Source of the DNA: Candidatus Micrarchaeota archaeon
GTDB taxonomy: Archaea > Micrarchaeota > Micrarchaeia > Micrarchaeales > CABMGC01
Direction: 5' to 3'
NCBI GenBank assembly: GCA_021850705.1
Contig: JAJZKU010000004.1
Location: 1-60,256, forward strand
DNA length: 60,256 nt
Shown: piece by piece, positions 37,696 to 47,183 of the stretch
Layout: the number at the start of each line of letters is the position of its first letter
How positions within the stretch are numbered: the stretch's first letter is position 1
Made by a program: the position numbers and the translations under genes
The notes under the pieces: generated by a model
The model's input: only the letters and a program-made list of their open reading frames with translations
Told to the model about the DNA's origin: nothing
Database searches by the model: none

Positions 37696-38499
37696 CTAAC
37701 CACCTACGGATGTAATATTCTTCTTTACTCTTTTCCACCAGAAGAACGCAAAGATGCCTAGTACTATGGCCCAAACTGTACCTACCAGTAACCCATTGAC
37801 TATGGCAGCAGGCGTGGCAGTCCCAAGAAATATTGATACTGGGAGATAGCCCATGTCCTGAAATGGCAGTGCATATACTATGTTGGAAAGATACTGGGGA
37901 AACATGCTTAGCGGCACCGTTCCTCCTGCTACGATGTATACAAGTATGCCTATCATATACCTTAACCCATAAACACGGGTCACAAATAGGGCAAGCGTTC
38001 CTATAAGGAAGCTGATTATGCCAAATACTGCGAAACCTACTGCAAGGGTGAGCAGTGCCAATGCTATGCTATATACGGTTATTGGAATATGCGCCACGAG
38101 CACAGCTATCAGCAGCAGTGGCAGCGAGAAGGTGGCAACTCCCACCATCATATTGCTAACAGATGCAATAAACAGATGCATCACATAATTTACAGGCCTT
38201 ATGATTATAGCAGTTATTGTCCCTTCAAGCACATCATTCTGAATGTAATAGGCGATGTTTGATTCAGCTATAGCATAGAAAGCGACGAAAAGGAAGAAAT
38301 ATGCGTATATGCCTTGCAACGTGAATCCTCCAATCTGTTTTGCTCCTGAGCTTTCAAAGAGTACTGTCCATACAAATATCATAAGCAGCGCGTAACCTAT
38401 GCTGAAGACCATTTCCAGTAAGAAGTCTGTCTTGTAATAAAAGACATCCTTCAGGTCTATCTTAAGCATGCCTATATACGGCTCCAGGTATCTATTCAT
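37696..38499 (-). CDS. ABC-2 type transporter permease (DUF990-like)
   Basis: IGGFTL, EGTITAIIIRPV, GGTVPLSMFP, LPFQ, C-terminal SVGG. Confidence 0.85.
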   Translation of the reverse strand: MNRYLEPYIGMLKIDLKDVFYYKTDFLLEMVFSIGYALLMIFVWTVLFESSGAKQIGGFTLQGIYAYFFLFVAFYAIAESNIAYYIQNDVLEGTITAIIIRPVNYVMHLFIASVSNMMVGVATFSLPLLLIAVLVAHIPITVYSIALALLTLAVGFAVFGIISFLIGTLALFVTRVYGLRYMIGILVYIVAGGTVPLSMFPQYLSNIVYALPFQDMGYLPVSIFLGTATPAAIVNGLLVGTVWAIVLGIFAFFWWKRVKKNITSVGG

Positions 38500-38505
38500 C
38501 TTCTA

Positions 38506-39489
38506 TCACTGCTTATCCATCTTCTTGTACAGCTTTGAGAGTACGAAGTTCAGCCCAGGCTCATATACCTTGTAATCAATGACATTGTCGCCCGAGAGCA
38601 TGCCTATGAATCCTTTGCTCTTCAATATCTTCCTGTTAACCTCCAGCTTTACGAAGTTGTCCGAACTCTCCAATATCTTTCCATACTTCCTGAATTCAGC
38701 TCCTGATGAGCTCCTAAGCTCAAGGTCTATCATGCGCTTGTCTCCAAAGAGATGCTCAAGCTTACTCCTAGGCCCGTCAAAGACCAGCCTGCCCTTGTTT
38801 ATGAGAATTACCTTCTCGGCCATGGTTATGTCTTCAACCAGATGCGTTGTTATCACGAAGGTCGTATTGTACCTCTTCTGCATGCTCAGGATCATGGAAC
38901 GGAGCGCAGTCTTTGAAGGCAGATCCACGCCTATCGTGGGCTCGTCAAGGAAGACTATCTTGGGCATATGCAGCACAGAGGCTACGAAGTTGCACTTCAT
39001 CTGCTCTCCAAGAGAGAGCGTCCTTACCGGCCTCCTGTACACCTTCTTCAGGTCCAGCATCTCCAGCAGCTCCTCCAGACGCTTCCTGTACTCCTTCTCA
39101 GGTATCCTATATATCGAGCGTATGAAGTCAAAGGTGTCTATTGCAGGCAGGTTCCAGTAGAGCTGCCCATGCGCTCCCAATACCACTCCTATCTGCGAAG
39201 CTATCCTTATCCTGTTCTCCCACGGGTCCACTCCCATTATCCTGACGCTTCCGCTGTCTGGGTGCAGTATCCCTGTCATTGTCTTTATCAGCGTGGACTT
39301 CCCGCTTCCGTTCCTTCCCAGCAGTGCCACTATCTCTCCCTCATTCACAGAGAAGCTCAGGCCGTCAAGGGCCGTCTTGTTGTAGCTCTTGCGTATCAGC
39401 TTCGCCAAAAAGCCGCCGTTCTTCCTGTGTTCATGGGTTCTGAACCTCTTCTTCACATCCTTTACTTCTATTATCTTCTCCATAAGCAT
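38506..39489 (-). CDS. ABC transporter ATP-binding protein
   Basis: GRNGSGKST, LSLGEQM, FLDEPTIGVD, TTH. Confidence 0.92.
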   Translation of the reverse strand: MLMEKIIEVKDVKKRFRTHEHRKNGGFLAKLIRKSYNKTALDGLSFSVNEGEIVALLGRNGSGKSTLIKTMTGILHPDSGSVRIMGVDPWENRIRIASQIGVVLGAHGQLYWNLPAIDTFDFIRSIYRIPEKEYRKRLEELLEMLDLKKVYRRPVRTLSLGEQMKCNFVASVLHMPKIVFLDEPTIGVDLPSKTALRSMILSMQKRYNTTFVITTHLVEDITMAEKVILINKGRLVFDGPRSKLEHLFGDKRMIDLELRSSSGAEFRKYGKILESSDNFVKLEVNRKILKSKGFIGMLSGDNVIDYKVYEPGLNFVLSKLYKKMDKQ

Positions 39490-39730
39490 GAATTTGGGAT
39501 ATCCCTTGCCGTATAACGATAAACATCATTGACGCTCCGCAGTCTTTAAAGAGTACAAGAAGAAGATCGTTTGATAGGACTGTTGCTGCGCTAGTAGGTT
39601 TGCCATTACAGATACAGCATTTCGCGCATATCAAACACCGTTGAATAACCTTAGACATTGATGATTTATATACTTTTCTGTCTTTCCCGATTCATATTTT
39701 AAAGTAAAACTCTATATACCTGCGTATCAT

Positions 39731-40219
39731 AATTAATTTGTGGAGAAATGGTACGGCAAAATACCTCTGGAGAGGTGCACAAAAAACCAGCAGATAATAA
39801 ACAAAAATACACCTTCACCTTCAAATCTGGAGACAGTGTAAGAATAAAATGAGATTCATTCTGGAGAGAGAGGGAGAAGACAGCCGAGATATGGGACATT
39901 TTATGCTCGAACTGCAGGTCAAAGGTACTTCTGTACCAGAAAGACGGGAGGGGCAAGCTACACCGGTGTTATCTCAACAGGATACTCGACCCTCCATCAT
40001 ATGCAGAGTTGCAGGATAATGTAAAAATAACAAAGGAAAACATGCCTGTTTTAATATGCAGAAAATGCCAACAAACCATCGGTTATCCAATGATGCACAG
40101 AGAAGGAAGGCTTGCCTACTTCCTGCTTAATGGTAAATGGACAAAGCAGAAAAGTGATATAATTGGAAGATAATTGAAGGAAATCTAAATAACGCATTCT
40201 GGCCTCATTGTTTAAGGAG
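39731..40219. repeat. 489-bp direct repeat, copy 1
   Basis: Matches 44487-44975 (offset 4756); 6 substitutions seen by eye. Confidence 0.93.
39748..40173 (+). pseudogene. Nonsense-disrupted copy of the Zn-ribbon gene at 44504-44929
   Basis: Codon 35 CGG (Arg) is TGA at 39850-39852. Confidence 0.88.
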
Positions 40220-40373
40220 AGGCAAAGAAGAGATTATGATACGAGAAATGAGTGCCTAAACACAACACAATGTTACTAGAATTAAGTGCATATGCGCATC
40301 GCACTTATATTATTAAAAAGATCTTTAGAAACAATCTTATATGAAAAATGATTAAGAATGAAGATGTATTGAT

Positions 40374-41573
40374 ATGAAAAAAATGCCTCTTGAGTATAAA
40401 TTTTTTATATTTTACAATACACTCTCAGTTCTGGACATGTATTTTGCCCACTGGAACAGAGTTCCTAGTCTAAACGTTGAAAAACTGCGAAAAGAGTATA
40501 CTAAAGCAGTAAAAAATTCTAAGAACAGATACGAGTTTTTTCTTGTTATGTCCAGCATGATGGCAAGGCTAAGAAACAGGCATACCTGGTACACTGACAG
40601 AAAAATATGGCAGGATTACGGTATGGGGGTGGGATTCAATGCCATATATCACGATAAACTTAGAAAGTGGATAATCACATCAAGCGAAAACCGTAAGCTC
40701 CCTATAGGCAGTGTGATAACAAAAGTAAATGGCATCTCTACTAATAAATTTTTTAACAGCAAGAAAAAATATATCCCTGCTTCAAACGAACGTGCTGCCA
40801 GAAACAACTTATTCTCTTTTGGCCCATATTTACCAAAATCTATGGATATAGAACTAAACAATAAGACCAAGGTTCATATAAACAGAACCAAATTCACCAA
40901 CACTCCCAAAGAACATACTTCCTGCAAGGTATTCAAAAATAAGATCGGCTATATTAAAATACCGAGTTTTACCGGACATAAATTCGAAAAAGCAGCCTTG
41001 AATTGCTTGAATAAAATGAATGGACTTCGTACCATCATAATAGATCTGAGAGATAATGATGGTGGAAGTACACCTTGGAATCTGCTAAAAAAACTTATAA
41101 ATAAGAAATGGGAAAGCCCAGTGTATTTTGAAGTGGTAACTCCAACTGCGCTTGAGAGGCAGCATTCAAATATCAACAAGTATAGCCAAAATGGTTACTA
41201 TATTGATAAAAATAGGATATACAAGAAAAATAATTATGTTTATACTTCATGGAAAGATGCATTCAAGGGAAAACTCATAATATTAACAAACGAATCAACC
41301 TTATCTGCTGCCGAGGACTTTTTGATACCGTTAAAATATTATAAAAGAGCAATAATAATTGGCAGTAGAACTAATGGCAGCGATGGGGATGTGTTTTTTC
41401 ACGATCTTGACAAAGATATCTTTATAGGCGTAGGGTGCGCTTCTGTCAGATTCCCAGATGGTAAAAGAATTGAAGGATTTGGTATATCTCCAGACATAGA
41501 AGTATATCCAAAGCTAACAGATATTAGAAGTAAAACAGACGTTGTCTTAAAAAGAGCCTTGGAAATGGCATAA
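40374..41573 (+). CDS. S41-family peptidase (tail-specific protease-like)
   Basis: IGYIKIPSF, IIDLRDNDGG, TLSAAEDF, IIGSRTNG, EGFGISPDI; no obvious signal peptide. Confidence 0.88.
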   Translation: MKKMPLEYKFFIFYNTLSVLDMYFAHWNRVPSLNVEKLRKEYTKAVKNSKNRYEFFLVMSSMMARLRNRHTWYTDRKIWQDYGMGVGFNAIYHDKLRKWIITSSENRKLPIGSVITKVNGISTNKFFNSKKKYIPASNERAARNNLFSFGPYLPKSMDIELNNKTKVHINRTKFTNTPKEHTSCKVFKNKIGYIKIPSFTGHKFEKAALNCLNKMNGLRTIIIDLRDNDGGSTPWNLLKKLINKKWESPVYFEVVTPTALERQHSNINKYSQNGYYIDKNRIYKKNNYVYTSWKDAFKGKLIILTNESTLSAAEDFLIPLKYYKRAIIIGSRTNGSDGDVFFHDLDKDIFIGVGCASVRFPDGKRIEGFGISPDIEVYPKLTDIRSKTDVVLKRALEMA

Positions 41574-41637
41574 TGCCATTTAATTCATAATGCCGATTAA
41601 GGATGGACACGCATAACAAGCAGTATTGTTGGTAAAA

Positions 41638-42252
41638 ATGCCCTTATCAAGAAAAACACCAGACAAACAGATCGCTAAGCTTTCAATAAATATATCATCT
41701 ATGCCTAAAGAAGCCATAGATGAGATTTGGTTTAGGGCAGGGATAATATACAAAGATCCTGAGGATAACAATGCATTGCCTGATAATGTTATAATGCAGA
41801 TTAAAAAATCCGAAAGTACTGCCTATCCGATTGTTGAAAAACTGTGTTTGGAAAAAGGTAAGGCCACAGTTGAAAAATTAGCAGATCAGGTAGAAAGATT
41901 AGATTATATAGGAAATGCTGGAATTAGCAGAAAGATACTGTCCCGTAAAACCTTCACAAATCTTTCAAGCGAGACGATAACAAAGAAGGAGCTGGCAGAT
42001 ATGGCTAAAAGAATACGCAATCTGCCTGAAAAGAAGATAGACGAGTTATGGGCTTCCCTTGGATTCATATATACAAATAAAGGGAATAACAAGGCTATGT
42101 CAAATACCACTATCAGACTCATAAAGAAGTCAAAAGAAAACGCAGAATACGAAACTCTTAGCTTCTTTGATGAAACCCATATAAATGATATAATAAAAGA
42201 GTTGCAAAGAATCCAGAACTCAATAAAGAAGAACAGTCCAAAGAAATCTTAA
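41638..42252 (+). CDS. Hypothetical protein with an internal duplication
   Basis: Two copies of LSRKT...P...IDE.W...G.IY....N.A......I..IKKS. Confidence 0.7.
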   Translation: MPLSRKTPDKQIAKLSINISSMPKEAIDEIWFRAGIIYKDPEDNNALPDNVIMQIKKSESTAYPIVEKLCLEKGKATVEKLADQVERLDYIGNAGISRKILSRKTFTNLSSETITKKELADMAKRIRNLPEKKIDELWASLGFIYTNKGNNKAMSNTTIRLIKKSKENAEYETLSFFDETHINDIIKELQRIQNSIKKNSPKKS

Positions 42253-42354
42253 ACAGCCTATCAATTTTGTATTCAGTCTCCTCATCTGAAGATTGCAACA
42301 TAATTAACATTAATGATTAAGACAATTACTATGATAACATTAAAGATAGTCTAT

Positions 42355-42567
42355 CTACTTCCTTCTTACTGATGCCAGCTCCTTAATTTCTCCACTCTTA
42401 AATGCTCTGGCTATCTGATTAAATTCAGACACAGTCATATTTGCTTTATTTCCTGCTCTATCAATCAGACTTACAGTTTGCTTCTGTTCGTCTAAAACAA
42501 ACTTAGGACAGTTGTCCCCAACTTTAGATCCTTCCTTTCCATCTACGTCGTATATCATTTTTTCCAT
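42355..42567 (-). CDS. Small protein, DUF397-like / DUF6879 partner
   Basis: SKVGDNCP motif, C-terminal EFNQIARAFKSGEI; AGGTGG RBS. Confidence 0.6.
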   Translation of the reverse strand: MEKMIYDVDGKEGSKVGDNCPKFVLDEQKQTVSLIDRAGNKANMTVSEFNQIARAFKSGEIKELASVRRK

Positions 42568-42590
42568 ATTTCCACCTAAATAAGTATTAC

Positions 42591-43160
42591 TTAACCTAAA
42601 TTAATATCATTATCCCTCAAAAACTTCTGCATTGGTATTCCAATATGCAATAGCTTATCTTTTAGTTCCAAATATCTTGATACTTCTGAATATCTTTTTA
42701 TTGGATTACTTCTAGACAAAAGATGACCTTCTGAATCATAGTTCATAAGCATTACAGTACTAGAATCAAACATCCAATAATCACTAAAACCTTTTATTAA
42801 ATCTGATACATTCTTTCGTTCAATAAATAGAAACTTTTCACCTTTCTGTTCTGCAAATAAGGACCCATACTTAATTCCAAATTTAATATAATCACTCATC
42901 GGCAAGTCAAGTACTTGTATATCCACTATAGATACTCCCCTTTTGACTGTCTGCTCAGCCTTAGACAGCCATTCATTAAATCCAGACACTTCTTTAAAAA
43001 CATCTACTGGCTTACCTTGCTTGTATTTGTTAAATGCTCCAATTTCATAGTCTATGCTATAAATATTTAAAAGTTCTAATCTAAAAATCTCAACTTTCGC
43101 TTCAGACCACAAATCGCTGAATGTTTTAACAGAATTGACTCTAGGTTTTACCTTCTCCAT
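42591..43160 (-). CDS. DUF6879-like protein
   Basis: IFRLELLNIYSIDYE, MSDYIKF, GEKFLFI, DYWMFDSSTVMLMNYDSEG. Confidence 0.7.
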   Translation of the reverse strand: MEKVKPRVNSVKTFSDLWSEAKVEIFRLELLNIYSIDYEIGAFNKYKQGKPVDVFKEVSGFNEWLSKAEQTVKRGVSIVDIQVLDLPMSDYIKFGIKYGSLFAEQKGEKFLFIERKNVSDLIKGFSDYWMFDSSTVMLMNYDSEGHLLSRSNPIKRYSEVSRYLELKDKLLHIGIPMQKFLRDNDINLG

Positions 43161-43180
43161 AAAAATATTGAGCCACTATA

Positions 43181-44254
43181 TTATTTATATGTTACGAATT
43201 TAATCGGTTTTTTACTGATTGCTTCCATTTCACATCTCCATTTTACGTAACTGTTTGTATTAAATGGCCACATTCCAGTTATCAACTCCGTCAACATACA
43301 TTGCTCTACATACGGATACTCATTATGCCATGCTTTTTTTAGGAATTCAGGTCCTGTCTCATTAAGGCAAACGCCATCTTTAAAATTACAAAAATACACT
43401 GCATCAAAATATCCTGTCGTATCACATACTACAGAATAATCTGAAGTAACTTGCCCTTCACTTTTAGAACCAATTACTTTGTAAAGAAAAGGCAATAATG
43501 ACATTTTATGATGATTTTCATTTGGTATAATTACTTCTGCATAAAATAGAAATATTCGCTTATCTGGATTTTGTACACACATTCTAAAACCCTTTATTAT
43601 GCCCTTTTCAACCAATTTATTAATTGCATATATTACCCTCATTTTGGATACTCCTGTTGCTGCTGCCAACTCTCCTAATCTTATTCTGGAATTATCAAGC
43701 AATTTTGTCAATATTAATTTTTCCACTTTATTTATACGCTCAACTTTGGCCCTTGTAATTAACGTACTCTTCACTGGCATGAATCCTTCAACCATATCAT
43801 TAAGCGTCACGGTCTTTACCCTTGGCTTATAAAAAGACAAGCCAACTCTAAACGCAAATTCCCAATGCTTATATTTAACATAGTCCATCCCCACTATATG
43901 TATAATAAGATCAAAATCTCCTGTTGCAAGATATGCGTTCTGAACAAACGGATCTTTCCCAAGGACCTTCTTTAAAAGAGCTATATCGGGAACTCTTTCC
44001 TGAAACTTTATTGCAATTATTCTAGGCTCTGAGAAACCAAGAAGGTTTGTATCTACGTCTAATGTATACTTAAGATTATACTTCTCTTCACACTCCTTAA
44101 GGCATTTGGAAAGCGTATGGTGGGATATTCCTAGCTTGCGCTCAAGCTCCTTTATGGAAACCCTTGAATTAAGGTAAAGCTCCTTAAGCAGTTCATGAGG
44201 AAGTTTTTCCTCTATTCTCTTCCTCTGATAAGATGATGCTGACATGTTATACAC
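43181..44254 (-). CDS. Tandem Lrp/AsnC-type regulator (paralog of 28630-30045)
   Basis: LYLNSRVSIKELERKLG, ATGDFDL, LLDNSRIRLGELA, LVEKGIIKGF, TTGYFD. Confidence 0.82.
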   Translation of the reverse strand: MYNMSASSYQRKRIEEKLPHELLKELYLNSRVSIKELERKLGISHHTLSKCLKECEEKYNLKYTLDVDTNLLGFSEPRIIAIKFQERVPDIALLKKVLGKDPFVQNAYLATGDFDLIIHIVGMDYVKYKHWEFAFRVGLSFYKPRVKTVTLNDMVEGFMPVKSTLITRAKVERINKVEKLILTKLLDNSRIRLGELAAATGVSKMRVIYAINKLVEKGIIKGFRMCVQNPDKRIFLFYAEVIIPNENHHKMSLLPFLYKVIGSKSEGQVTSDYSVVCDTTGYFDAVYFCNFKDGVCLNETGPEFLKKAWHNEYPYVEQCMLTELITGMWPFNTNSYVKWRCEMEAISKKPIKFVTYK

Positions 44255-44390
44255 AAAATTAAACTATTTGTTATATTATTTTAAATTATAATACAATATA
44301 TTACAAATTATATAATATTTTATGCTATATATTTTATTTCTTGCAATAAGTATTTAAATCATGCATGTGCAAGCCTGTACTGGTGGTGAA

Positions 44391-44492
44391 ATGGCGGGCA
44401 TGCAAGCTGTAAAGAAAATTGATCAGTGCATGCTAGTTAAAACCCTATCCAACCCAGCTGCTGGATTTTCCAGCAGCTTTATGCTAAATTAA
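44391..44492 (+). CDS. Putative 33-aa leader ORF
   Basis: GGTGGTGA RBS; MAGMQAVKKIDQCMLVKTLSNPAAGFSSSFMLN; TATTTAAA box upstream. Confidence 0.3.
   Translation: MAGMQAVKKIDQCMLVKTLSNPAAGFSSSFMLN
44456..44480 (+). terminator. Perfect 10-bp hairpin followed by a short T run
   Basis: AGCTGCTGGA-TTT-TCCAGCAGCT-TT immediately before repeat copy 2. Confidence 0.45.
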
Positions 44493-44975
44493 TTTGTGGA
44501 GAAATGGTACGGCAAAATACCTCCGGAGAGGTGCACAAAAAACCAGCAGATAATAAACAAAAATACACATTCACCTTCAAATCTGGAGACAGTGTAAGAA
44601 TAAAACGGGATTCATTCTGGAGAGAGAGGGAAAAGACAGCCGAGATGTGGGACATTTTATGCTCGAACTGCAGGTCAAAGGTACTTCTGTACCAGAAAGA
44701 CGGGAGGGGCAAGCTACACCGGTGTTATCTCAACAGGATACTCGACCCTCCATCATATGCAGAGTTGCAGGATAATGTAAAAATAACAAAGGAAAACATG
44801 CCTGTTTTAATATGCAGAAAATGCCAACAAACCATCGGTTATCCAATGATGCACAGAGAAGGAAGGCTTGCCTACTTCCTGCTTAATGGTAAATGGACAA
44901 AGCAGAAAAGTGATATAATTGGAAGATAATTGAAGGAAATCTAAATAACGCATTCTGGCCTCATTGTTTAAGGAG
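44487..44975. repeat. 489-bp direct repeat, copy 2
   Basis: Matches 39731-40219. Confidence 0.93.
44504..44929 (+). CDS. Zn-ribbon hypothetical protein
   Basis: CSNC and CRKC pairs, LYQKDGRGKLHRCYLNRI. Confidence 0.8.
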   Translation: MVRQNTSGEVHKKPADNKQKYTFTFKSGDSVRIKRDSFWREREKTAEMWDILCSNCRSKVLLYQKDGRGKLHRCYLNRILDPPSYAELQDNVKITKENMPVLICRKCQQTIGYPMMHREGRLAYFLLNGKWTKQKSDIIGR

Positions 44976-45018
44976 GTGAAAGCATGAATAAACATTTATT
45001 AAAAAAGAGCTAAACTAT

Positions 45019-47046
45019 ATGGTTGGAGATGAACATAATAACAATAATCTAGGTGGTTTATTGCGATCTGAAAATTATATATATTTTAGAAATACTGAAG
45101 AACCGCGCATTGATGATTTAGGTGGAAAGGGATATGGGCTTGCTAAGTTACAAAATGCAGGGTTCAACGTTCCAAAATTTTTTATAATCACGACTTCTGC
45201 ATTAGAAAAATTATTAGAGTCAAATAACTCTTCTTTGGACAACTTATATAAGTACAAAGAAGACTTCTCCTCTAAGATAATGGGGATGAAGTTTCCAGAC
45301 GACCTTAGATCAAGTATAATTGGCACATATAAAGATATGTTCGGCAATGAACCGGTTGCAGTAAGAAGTTCTGCCACAATAGAAGATACGGAAAAAGATA
45401 GCATGGCAGGCAGGTTCGAGACTATTCTTAATGCAAATGAGAGCAATATGCTAGACTCGGTTAAAAAAGTGTATTGTTCATTGGTAAAAATCTGTAAAGA
45501 TTCTGGAATAAAATCTTCAATGGCGGTAGTTGTACAAAAACAAGTTTTTCCAAAGAAAAGCGGCGTTGCGTTTGTTGATAACGAGAAAACAGTTATAAAT
45601 GCAGTAATAGGCCACCCAGGTCTTTTAGTATCCGGAATGGAAAGCGGTGATACCTGCGTTATAGATAACGGCGGGAAATACTCTTCGATATATAAGCCAC
45701 AAAAAAGATTAACTATAAATGGGGATAATACAGAAGATATTCCTAAAATAATATCAACAAAACAAAAAATATCCAAATTCGAGGCTATAGAAATTGCAAG
45801 CACCTCAAAAAAGGTAATGGAGTCATTAGGAAAGCCTCAGGATATAGAATGGTGTTTTGCTAATAACGAATTATTCATACTTCAAGCTAGACCTATAACC
45901 AAGACAGTAGATATTCCAAAGGGCTCTTCTTCTATAGGTCTACTGCCAGTATCTATCGGGATAGCAGAGGGCATTCCATGGTCAAAAGTTGACCAGATAC
46001 CTGAAAATGATGTTATACTAACTGTTCCTTATCTAGAATTGAGCGATGCGGATAAGTTAGTGAATAATCCAAACATAAAAGGGATCATAACAGAATTTGG
46101 AGGCATGTTGTCACACGAAGCAATACTTGCAAGAGAAAAAGGCATACCATATCTGGCAGGTTTCAGAAGTCCTTCAGCAATACTGGCTGGTGTATCGCAT
46201 TTAAAATTAGATACCCAGAAAATAAGCATAATTGCAGACGGTAAAGAGATGATAATATCGGAACCAGAAAGTTACATGTGGCTAGACAAGAATTTTGATA
46301 ATCTCCACAATATACTGTACAAAAATAACGATTACGGCCTGCTGGTAAGAAATATTGGCAGATTTATCATAGTATACCGGGATATTAAAACAAAAGAGGA
46401 TATGGAAAACGTTGAACACGCAATAAAAGATTGCAATGCCTTCGGTAACGATTTTATATTGGTATTTGAGACAAACGATAGAACCTTAACAGCTATGCGC
46501 ATGCTAAATATAAATCCTCTAAATTCTGAACCATTGATATATTCAAATCTAAAGAGCATGGAGAAAGCCGTAAGCGAGTTTAATGTTGAACTATTAAACA
46601 AAGCATATTCAAAATCTAAAAGTGATTTCTTTTCATGTGCAGAACAATCTATAAAAGACTATGAATTATATAAAGGCAGTAAAACCGATGAGAATCTTAA
46701 AAAAGTATCTAAATCAGTATTGATGGCAGAAGGTGCTTACAGGGCGATAAGATCGATGACTGATTATTATGAGTATTCGTTGGGAAACCTTATAACAAAA
46801 AATGAGGGAAGACTAATAACCGACATTGAATTGTACAAACTAAAAACCAAATACGAAGAAAAGTACCCTAATATAAAAGAAACAAGTCTAAAGCTACAGG
46901 AAATATTAGAAGACGTTGACAGATCACAATATACTAATGCTGGCAATCAGTCATCATATACTGATATTGCTAAAAATGTTTTAAGCGATTTACAGAAAAA
47001 ACTAAGTGAAGATAAATTCAAACGCACAATATTATATCTGGACTAG
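45019..47046 (+). CDS. PEP-utilizer-type dikinase (ATP-grasp + phospho-His swivel + unrecognised C-terminal domain)
   Basis: LGGKG, VAVRSSATIED, SMAGRFET, MAVVVQ, PQDIEW, LQARPIT, GGMLSHEAILAREKGIP. Confidence 0.85.
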   Translation: MVGDEHNNNNLGGLLRSENYIYFRNTEEPRIDDLGGKGYGLAKLQNAGFNVPKFFIITTSALEKLLESNNSSLDNLYKYKEDFSSKIMGMKFPDDLRSSIIGTYKDMFGNEPVAVRSSATIEDTEKDSMAGRFETILNANESNMLDSVKKVYCSLVKICKDSGIKSSMAVVVQKQVFPKKSGVAFVDNEKTVINAVIGHPGLLVSGMESGDTCVIDNGGKYSSIYKPQKRLTINGDNTEDIPKIISTKQKISKFEAIEIASTSKKVMESLGKPQDIEWCFANNELFILQARPITKTVDIPKGSSSIGLLPVSIGIAEGIPWSKVDQIPENDVILTVPYLELSDADKLVNNPNIKGIITEFGGMLSHEAILAREKGIPYLAGFRSPSAILAGVSHLKLDTQKISIIADGKEMIISEPESYMWLDKNFDNLHNILYKNNDYGLLVRNIGRFIIVYRDIKTKEDMENVEHAIKDCNAFGNDFILVFETNDRTLTAMRMLNINPLNSEPLIYSNLKSMEKAVSEFNVELLNKAYSKSKSDFFSCAEQSIKDYELYKGSKTDENLKKVSKSVLMAEGAYRAIRSMTDYYEYSLGNLITKNEGRLITDIELYKLKTKYEEKYPNIKETSLKLQEILEDVDRSQYTNAGNQSSYTDIAKNVLSDLQKKLSEDKFKRTILYLD

Positions 47047-47183
47047 CTACTAATAAATTTATCAACTAAGAATAATCTATATATCGCATTGAATATTTTA
47101 TCAATGACACATCAAGATATCAAGCTATAGAGGGTGCTGGCTAGTAAGAACTGAATCTGTATAGAATTTAGAAGGTAATATCT

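Noticed and set aside
39431-39658. 75-aa Cys-containing minus-strand ORF
   Set aside because: Overlaps the ABC ATPase start in another frame, no clear RBS or family motif; cannot be supported
39850-39852. In-frame TGA as selenocysteine or recoded stop (a SelB-like gene is in the window)
   Set aside because: It aligns to Arg, not Cys or Trp, in the intact copy; other genes here use TGA as a stop; the SelB-like protein has a degenerate G domain
39731-44975. Near-identical repeat pair as a DGR template/variable region or IS ends
   Set aside because: No reverse transcriptase or transposase in the window; differences are not confined to adenines of one copy; the repeat is a whole gene
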